35,540 nucleotides of DNA. It comes from a virus. The stretch lies in the IMG/VR virus record IMGVR_UViG_3300019487_000015, positions 1 through 35,540 of that record; one strand, 5' to 3'. Below the pieces are notes generated by a model. That model did not search any database and was not told where the DNA came from. It saw only the letters and a program-made list of their open reading frames with translations. Below, in pieces: positions 30,818 through 35,540 of this stretch; within the stretch, counting starts at the first letter, position 1; every line of letters starts with the position of its first letter. The position numbers and the translations under genes were made by a program.

Positions 30818-31775
30818 CTTGATAATCTCCTGGGGTTACGTATTTGCTGCCTCTCCTATGAGGGGCGATTTTGCTTTGGTCTTTGCCTCCAGTCTTCACT
30901 TCCCGGTAGCGTTTCCACTTGAGTATCACGTGGTAGTGAGATGAGTATTTCTTGTTGAACTTTGCTTCGCCTTGAGCTCCAATCTCGTTTGAGACGTCAT
31001 CGATCCATCGCGCACGTTCTTCGGCACTCATGTGCTTGAGCAGATCCTCGTACTGCTTCTCGGTCATCTTGACCAAACCGTCGGGTCCATAGTCTTTTGT
31101 AGGCAAAACGGTTTTTGTTTTGCTGATTTGAGTTGGAGGAGATTTTTGTACACTCACACTCTCGGCGCAAGCCGAATCACGCACTTTTTCCTCAGGATCT
31201 TTGGGTTTGGTGAGAGGGGTAGGGGTGTGTGTGTTTTGTTCTCTATTATTTGTACTGTATGTATTATTATATAAGGACCGGTTTGTGGGTTTTCCGCAAA
31301 CCAGTTTGCGGCTTTCCCGCAAACTACTAGGAGATTCAGTTTGCGGGTTTTCCGCAAACTTCTCTGAAATCGAGAGAATTTGGGCTATTTTTTCGAGGTT
31401 TAGGCGAAAGAAGCGACGGGCCGGATTTGAGAAAAGTTTTTGCTCAATCAAGCCTTGACTTTTCAGTTTTTTAATGCATACATCTTGTTCATCCCGGCTA
31501 AGGTAAATTTCTTCTTTAGCTTTGTCGATGGTAAAGTAAAACCACCCAGCACCATATTTTTTGTGCGACGCGAGTTTTCCTTGGCCCAAATAGTAAAAAT
31601 ATTTGTTTATTAGATAGCCCAAGAAGGCGGCGGCATTGTAGCCGAGCTCCTTGACAAAGACTTCCCAAAGGAAGAATTTGAACTGTGAGTCTCTAGTGTT
31701 GTTGCTGTAAGCTTCGGCAATGATAGCTAAGCATCGTTCTCGAGACATTTCCTGTGACGAATTTAAATCCCTCAT
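30789..31775 (-). CDS. replication initiator / replisome organiser candidate, 328 aa
   Basis: It lies upstream of the DnaC-like loader. It has a winged-helix-like N-terminal half. Three palindromic iterons lie inside the gene (31281-31359), as with lambda O-type initiators. Confidence 0.6.
   Translation of the reverse strand: MRDLNSSQEMSRERCLAIIAEAYSNNTRDSQFKFFLWEVFVKELGYNAAAFLGYLINKYFYYLGQGKLASHKKYGAGWFYFTIDKAKEEIYLSRDEQDVCIKKLKSQGLIEQKLFSNPARRFFRLNLEKIAQILSISEKFAENPQTESPSSLRESRKLVCGKPTNRSLYNNTYSTNNREQNTHTPTPLTKPKDPEEKVRDSACAESVSVQKSPPTQISKTKTVLPTKDYGPDGLVKMTEKQYEDLLKHMSAEERARWIDDVSNEIGAQGEAKFNKKYSSHYHVILKWKRYREVKTGGKDQSKIAPHRRGSKYVTPGDYQDDDFEFPRM
31281..31359. repeat. three 21-bp palindromic iterons GTTTGCGG-N5-CCGCAAAC: candidate origin of replication
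   Basis: The units lie at 31281-31301 (GTTTGTGG...), 31304-31324 and 31339-31359. An AT-rich stretch (about 31250-31278) is adjacent. All lie within the initiator ORF. Confidence 0.7.
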
Positions 31776-32032
31776 TTTACACCTCGGTGCTGTTGAATAT
31801 TTCTTATGTGCTTTAGTTTAAACAATGGCTCTTCTGAAGGAGGCAAATTTACTCGATCGAGAATGGGTACGGAACAAGCATTGAATGGGAAAGAGGCACC
31901 CAGAATTAAAAAAAACATGGTGGTTGCATTTTGAACTTGCGAGATTATTCCTGATTTTGGTAGGATGATCTCGATCATGTAAGAAAACTTACGTGATTGA
32001 CTACTAAACAATTTACATAGGTTGTTAATCAT
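31772..32032 (-). CDS. hypothetical protein, 86 aa, first gene of the replication operon
   Basis: A strong SD, GAGGAAAAGGAGGA, lies upstream of the ATG at 32032. Its stop overlaps the initiator start (ATGA), which suggests translational coupling. Confidence 0.5.
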   Translation of the reverse strand: MINNLCKLFSSQSRKFSYMIEIILPKSGIISQVQNATTMFFLILGASFPFNACSVPILDRVNLPPSEEPLFKLKHIRNIQQHRGVK

Positions 32033-32310
32033 AAGGTAATATCCTCCTTTTCCTCATTTTTTTGGAGAATCCATTCACGTTTAAGTGAAAGGGCTCTTTT
32101 GAAAGAACATTGTTTTCATTATGTTCAAGGGGGCTAATCTGAATCTGATTAACTATTGTGTACATCATGTTTTAAGGTTGCATGGTGGTTTTTTAAACAG
32201 GTTGTTTTTTTTGTTCATACTTACTCTCCAGGTTGTATGGATGTCTACATGTTGGTAAGCATGTAGGGTGTTTTTGCTCAGCTCAGAGCGTGTTTTCAAT
32301 TTCAAACCAA

Positions 32311-32337
32311 ATGCCGGCTTGTGAAAAAAGCCGGCAT
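32311..32337 (-). terminator. hairpin, candidate terminator for the upstream minus-strand HTH gene
   Basis: ATGCCGGCTT (32311-32320) / AAGCCGGCAT (32328-32337) form a perfect 10-bp stem with a 7-nt loop. On the minus strand it is followed by UUGGUUUGAAAUUG. Confidence 0.45.
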
Positions 32338-32470
32338 CCTTTACATTCAGATCTCTGAAACTTATGAATGCATCGTGAGTAGTGATGTGTGACATAAACA
32401 AAAATTGTTAAGTTGCTGTTGTACGAACTACCACAATGTGCTCTAGATGGCAGTCTAACAAGTTTCAGAG

Positions 32471-32506
32471 TGGGGTGGAAGGCTCTCTCCTCACCCCATT
32501 TTTTTT
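32471..32506 (+). terminator. strong + strand-oriented intrinsic terminator overlapping the 3' end of the minus-strand HTH gene
   Basis: TGGGGTG (32471-32477) / CACCCCA (32492-32498) plus an inner AGG/CCT pair, followed by T8 (32499-32506). No + strand ORF of 60 aa or more ends here. Confidence 0.55.
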
Positions 32507-32838
32507 CCCATAGGGGTCACATTATCAGAATTTGATTTGCCTGTTAAGAACATTTCGCAAAATTTTTCCCTGTTCTTCTCAAACATTGGAAATGGGCTCA
32601 GCTTTTTGCAGAGAGGGCATCTCACATGCTGGGGACGCCCGGCATACAAATCATCCAAAGTAACTTCACCCTTGGTGTATTCCACAATTGTTTTTGCTAA
32701 ATCGTGGCGTGGAAAACTCTTTGCTTTAACAATCCGATACATGTTCTGAGGATGCGTACCGACTTGCTCAGCAAAGATTCTATAAGAGATCTTCTCTCTT
32801 TCAAGATAATCCTTTAGTAACATTTTCATTGTGTCCAT
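32491..32838 (-). CDS. HTH DNA-binding regulator (Cro/CI-like) at the head of the minus-strand gene train, 115 aa
   Basis: KISYRIFAEQVGTHPQNMYRIVKAK is HTH-like. It is divergent from the + strand early operon. The C-terminal half carries CPLC...C. No SD precedes the ATG. Confidence 0.65.
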   Translation of the reverse strand: MDTMKMLLKDYLEREKISYRIFAEQVGTHPQNMYRIVKAKSFPRHDLAKTIVEYTKGEVTLDDLYAGRPQHVRCPLCKKLSPFPMFEKNREKFCEMFLTGKSNSDNVTPMGKKMG

Positions 32839-32862
32839 TTTATAATTGTTTTGACATGGTCA

Positions 32863-32891
32863 ACGCTAACATGTGAGAGGTTTTGTGTCAA
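32863..32891 (-). promoter_or_regulatory. sigma70-type promoter candidate for the HTH regulator / minus-strand train
   Basis: On the minus strand: a perfect TTGACA (32891-32886), a 17-nt spacer, then TAGCGT (32868-32863). The adjacent 13-bp palindrome TTGAC-ATG-GTCAA (32851-32863) is a possible operator. Confidence 0.35.
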
Positions 32892-33003
32892 ATATAATTA
32901 AATGAAATGAAAAGTGACACATAGTACTTTTGCCTAAAACAGCTCCGCATATACGTCACAGTGATGTTGGAACGACATTATTGTGAATGCAAAAAAATAT
33001 CAC

Positions 33004-33062
33004 TTGCGAAAAATAATCAGATGTAGATATGATGTCGTTATGATGTGTAAATGACATCACAT
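33004..33062 (+). promoter_or_regulatory. promoter candidate plus phased operator-like pentamers for the + strand early operon
   Basis: TTGCGA (33004-33009), an 18-nt spacer, then TATGAT (33028-33033). GATGT occurs at 33020, 33031 and 33042 (11-bp phasing), with inverted ACATC at 33054. TGATGT-N7-ACATCA is an inverted repeat at 33041-33059. Confidence 0.4.
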
Positions 33063-33109
33063 GTAAGTCGTGAAAACGCCTCTAATCACTGCCTCAACGT
33101 AGGTAAAGT

Positions 33110-33331
33110 ATGAAAAAGGAGAAATATAGATTCACCATATACGGAACGGTGGATGAAACGCAGATCACAAAAATAAACGAGATTCTAAACGACCTCAAGG
33201 GTATTGTGAAAAAACATGACAAGGATTGGATTATAAGCATTACGAGTCATGATGGGAAGAGTCTCACATGCACCTCAGATCATCTTACATTGGAATATGT
33301 AGATGACCTTAGCAATTGGCTAAACGATTAA
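33110..33331 (+). CDS. hypothetical protein, 73 aa (first early gene)
   Basis: A track ORF with AGGTAAAG upstream. I recognise no motif. Confidence 0.5.
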   Translation: MKKEKYRFTIYGTVDETQITKINEILNDLKGIVKKHDKDWIISITSHDGKSLTCTSDHLTLEYVDDLSNWLND

Positions 33332-33364
33332 AAATCCTCCTGCCAGAGGATAAAAGGAGAGAGT

Positions 33365-33685
33365 ATGCGCGATGAGTATGATAACATCCTTCCAGATATG
33401 TGGGAGTTAGATGATTCCGAAAAAAAAGACTATACAATCTATGCGACTAAGGAACTGTTAAAGGAAATATTGTCACAGCTTTACAGCACAGCTCCGATAG
33501 ACGCAAATAAGCTAGAATCTAACCTAGAGGAGATCTGCCATCTTCTTGAGATTAGATTAGACTTCTCTGATATCCAGATCGAACGAAAGAAGCAGAGTCT
33601 GCCTTCTTATCTTAACGAGTGGATCATTTTCAATAACCAATACCTAAAATCCATTACAAAACAGGAGAGAGCACAATGGAATTAG
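33365..33685 (+). CDS. hypothetical acidic protein, 106 aa
   Basis: A strong SD, AAGGAGAGAG, lies upstream. The N-terminus is D/E-rich (MRDEYDNILPDMWELDDSEKKDY). It lies immediately upstream of the annealase gene. Confidence 0.6.
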   Translation: MRDEYDNILPDMWELDDSEKKDYTIYATKELLKEILSQLYSTAPIDANKLESNLEEICHLLEIRLDFSDIQIERKKQSLPSYLNEWIIFNNQYLKSITKQERAQWN

Positions 33686-34506
33686 TACAAAAAAAACAAG
33701 AGTTAGCCCCCCAGTCACATTTTGATAGACACCATCTCGATCTCATAAAAGAGATGTACTTCAAAGGAGCGAGTGACGAGGAATTTCAAATGTTCATCTA
33801 CGTTTGTAAAAAAACGGGACTTGACCCTGCAATGCGACAAATTCATCCCGTCAAGAGATGGGATAGTAAAATGAAAAAAGAAGTCATGACTGTGCAAACG
33901 GGAATTGATGGATACCGACTCATCGCGGAGCGAACTGGGCGGTATGCTCCTGGAAGAGAGCCTACCTATCAATACAATAAAGAGGGTGAGCTTCTCTCGG
34001 CTACTTCCTATGTGAAAAAACAAACGGCTGACGGAACTTGGCACGAAGTTTCTGCGAGTGCTTTCTATGAAGAGTTTGTCCAGAAAAGTAAGGATGGATC
34101 CCCTACAAACTTTTGGCACAAGATGGCCCATAATCAGTTGGCAAAATGTGCTGAAGCGTTGGCCTTAAGAAAGGCGTTTCCTGGTGATCTTTCTGGAATC
34201 TACACTCATGAAGAAATGGCGCAGGCCGATGTTGTAGAATCGATTCCTGTCGAAGTAAAACGAATCGATGAGAAAGAGGCTGCCGCGCTGAAAGAAATTT
34301 TCCAGGGGTGCAATCCAGCTTATGTCAGTAGAGTATTTGGATACCTTAAGAAATTGCAACCCCGTCCTGTCAATAGTATTGAAGAGCTACCTGCAGATTT
34401 GTATGAGCGTATAAAATCTTCGGCTATTCAAAACAGAGATTCCTATCAAGCAGAAATAGCACAAACACAAGAAGATGAACCCTATCCAGAGGCAGCAGAA
34501 GGTTAA
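33676..34506 (+). CDS. Bet/RecT-family single-strand annealing protein, 276 aa
   Basis: GLDPAMRQIHPV, VQTGIDGYRLIAERTGRYAPG and HNQLAKCAEALALRKAFPGDLSGIYTHEEM match conserved blocks of Red-beta/RecT-type recombinases. It is paired with a YqaJ exonuclease downstream. Confidence 0.85.
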   Translation: MELVQKKQELAPQSHFDRHHLDLIKEMYFKGASDEEFQMFIYVCKKTGLDPAMRQIHPVKRWDSKMKKEVMTVQTGIDGYRLIAERTGRYAPGREPTYQYNKEGELLSATSYVKKQTADGTWHEVSASAFYEEFVQKSKDGSPTNFWHKMAHNQLAKCAEALALRKAFPGDLSGIYTHEEMAQADVVESIPVEVKRIDEKEAAALKEIFQGCNPAYVSRVFGYLKKLQPRPVNSIEELPADLYERIKSSAIQNRDSYQAEIAQTQEDEPYPEAAEG

Positions 34507-34695
34507 ATGAACAGAAAGCAACTCATTGATCATATCTGTAATTATTACAGTGAATGGCTCGAAATGGCGGGGGCAAAAGCCCCCTTCATTGTACAAAACA
34601 TTTTGGCAGATGCTCTGATTAAGGAACGACAAAAGTCAGAGTATTTGCAAAAAAGGATTAATCAATATGAATCTAGTAAAAGGGTTTCAAACTAA
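34507..34695 (+). CDS. hypothetical protein, 62 aa
   Basis: It starts right after the annealase stop, and its stop overlaps the exonuclease start (TAATG). I recognise no motif. Confidence 0.5.
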   Translation: MNRKQLIDHICNYYSEWLEMAGAKAPFIVQNILADALIKERQKSEYLQKRINQYESSKRVSN

Positions 34696-35540
34696 TGACG
34701 GAATTAATACAAAGAACGGAAGAGTGGATTAAACTAAGAAAAAATAAAATCGGAGCTTCTGATGCTCCTGTAATCATGGGGATTTCGCCATGGAAAACTC
34801 CATATCAACTCTGGGAGGAAAAGCTTGGCCTTCGTCAATCACAAGAAATGACTTCTTCAATGAAGCGTGGATTAGATCTAGAAGACCATGCGCGTGAATG
34901 TTTTCATAGAAAACTTAACATATTCGTGTTTCCTGAAGTTATGTTCCATAACAAATACGACTGGATGATGGCCAGCCTTGATGGAATTGATGCAGAAAAG
35001 AAGAACATCGTGGAAATCAAGTGTGCCAATAGAGAAGACCACCAAATTGCCATCTCCGGAAAGTTGCCAGAAAAATACTACCCCCAGCTTCAGCATCAGC
35101 TAGAAGTGACTGGCCTTGAAATGGCCTATTACTTTTCATTTGATGGAGAAGATGGAGTGGTCGTAGAGGTTGGACGTAACAACGAATACATAAACGAAAT
35201 GATTAATGAGGAGAAGAAATTTTGGAGCTGCATGCAGGATTTTGTAGCGCCTAAAATGTCCTCGCGCGATTATGTAGAGCGATCAAATGAAGAATGGACG
35301 ACTGTTTCTCAAGAGTGGCTACTTATCCAAACAGAAATGGATAAGTTGAAAAAGAGGGAAGATAACCTTAAACAACGCCTTATAGAAATGTCCCAAGGGC
35401 AAAACGCGGTGGGGGGTGGTGTTAAGCTCTCCAAGACAGTACGTAAAGGAGAAATCGACTACTCATCCATTCCAGCTCTAAAAGGGAAAAATTTAGAGAT
35501 GTACAGAAAGAGTCCTGTTGAGTTCTGGAGGCTTTCACGA
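34695..35540 (+). CDS. YqaJ/lambda-Exo-type recombination exonuclease (runs off the window end; continues at 124-147 after the overlap), 290 aa in total
   Basis: The ATG at 34695 opens 282 codons to the window end. RTEEWIKLRKNKIGASDAPVIMG.SPWKTPYQLWEEKLG is the YqaJ N-terminal signature. ASLDG ... VEIKC supplies the PD-(D/E)xK residues. Confidence 0.85.
   Translation, partial: MTELIQRTEEWIKLRKNKIGASDAPVIMGISPWKTPYQLWEEKLGLRQSQEMTSSMKRGLDLEDHARECFHRKLNIFVFPEVMFHNKYDWMMASLDGIDAEKKNIVEIKCANREDHQIAISGKLPEKYYPQLQHQLEVTGLEMAYYFSFDGEDGVVVEVGRNNEYINEMINEEKKFWSCMQDFVAPKMSSRDYVERSNEEWTTVSQEWLLIQTEMDKLKKREDNLKQRLIEMSQGQNAVGGGVKLSKTVRKGEIDYSSIPALKGKNLEMYRKSPVEFWRLSR
35418..35540. repeat. terminal overlap, copy 2 (identical to 1..123)
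   Basis: See copy 1. The repeat starts on a codon boundary of the exonuclease ORF. Confidence 0.95.

Noticed and set aside
32165-32401. A 78-aa minus-strand track ORF in the regulator-replication intergenic region.
   Set aside because: It has a TTG start without an SD. It reads straight through a perfect 10-bp hairpin that is better explained as a terminator, and its sequence is compositionally odd. I treat it as non-coding.
33715-34131. A 138-aa minus-strand ORF inside the annealase gene. Similar antisense or out-of-frame track ORFs occur in the recombinase, parA, terL, portal and capsid genes (e.g. 1736-2038, 2607-2936, 26107-26343, 23229-23621, 21311-21646).
   Set aside because: Each overlaps a gene with strong family motifs on the other strand or frame. 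They lack SDs and have biased, low-complexity translations. They are shadow ORFs.

Overview
This window is a complete genome of about 35.4 kb that closes into a circle. It belongs to a temperate, short-tailed dsDNA phage that also carries a plasmid-type maintenance island, so it is a probable phage-plasmid. Bases 1-123 recur exactly at 35418-35540 inside one continuous reading frame (a YqaJ-type exonuclease), so the window is one full replicon plus a 123-bp overlap.

Organisation:
(i) A + strand early operon runs 33110 -> 147: two small ORFs, a Bet/RecT-type annealase, a small ORF, the exonuclease, and an intrinsic terminator at 176-225.
(ii) An accessory/maintenance island spans 239-3535: an acidic small ORF, a HicA/HicB-like pair, a short serine recombinase, ParA with a ribbon-helix-helix partner, and a coiled-coil ORF.
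(iii) A divergent control region lies at 32839-33109.
(iv) One long minus-strand gene train runs 32838 -> 3544. In order it encodes an HTH regulator, a replication initiator with three palindromic iterons inside its own gene, a DnaC-like loader, a second HTH, a RusA-like resolvase, small ORFs, a ParB-domain protein, TerS, TerL, portal, scaffold, an N4-gp56/HK97-type capsid protein, a decoration protein and adaptor/nozzle proteins. It continues with a GNAT acetyltransferase, a protein ending in a peptidase-S74 intramolecular-chaperone domain, two large ejection-type proteins, a two-gene island on the opposite strand, and a fibre cluster with three different distal tips. One tip is a beta-helix fused to a C1q/TNF-like head.

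I found no rRNA, tRNA, CRISPR array, transposase, reverse transcriptase, tyrosine integrase or recognisable endolysin/holin.

The items most worth follow-up are:
- the GNAT gene embedded in, and overlapping, the virion-protein block;
- the C1q-like fibre tip;
- the S74-domain protein among the ejection proteins;
- the plasmid-style lysogeny module with a truncated-looking serine recombinase;
- the structured, ORF-poor region 32040-32510 with + strand-oriented terminators;
- the missing lysis cassette.

All functional calls come from motif recognition by eye, and none has been checked by a database search. The host cannot be deduced from this sequence alone.
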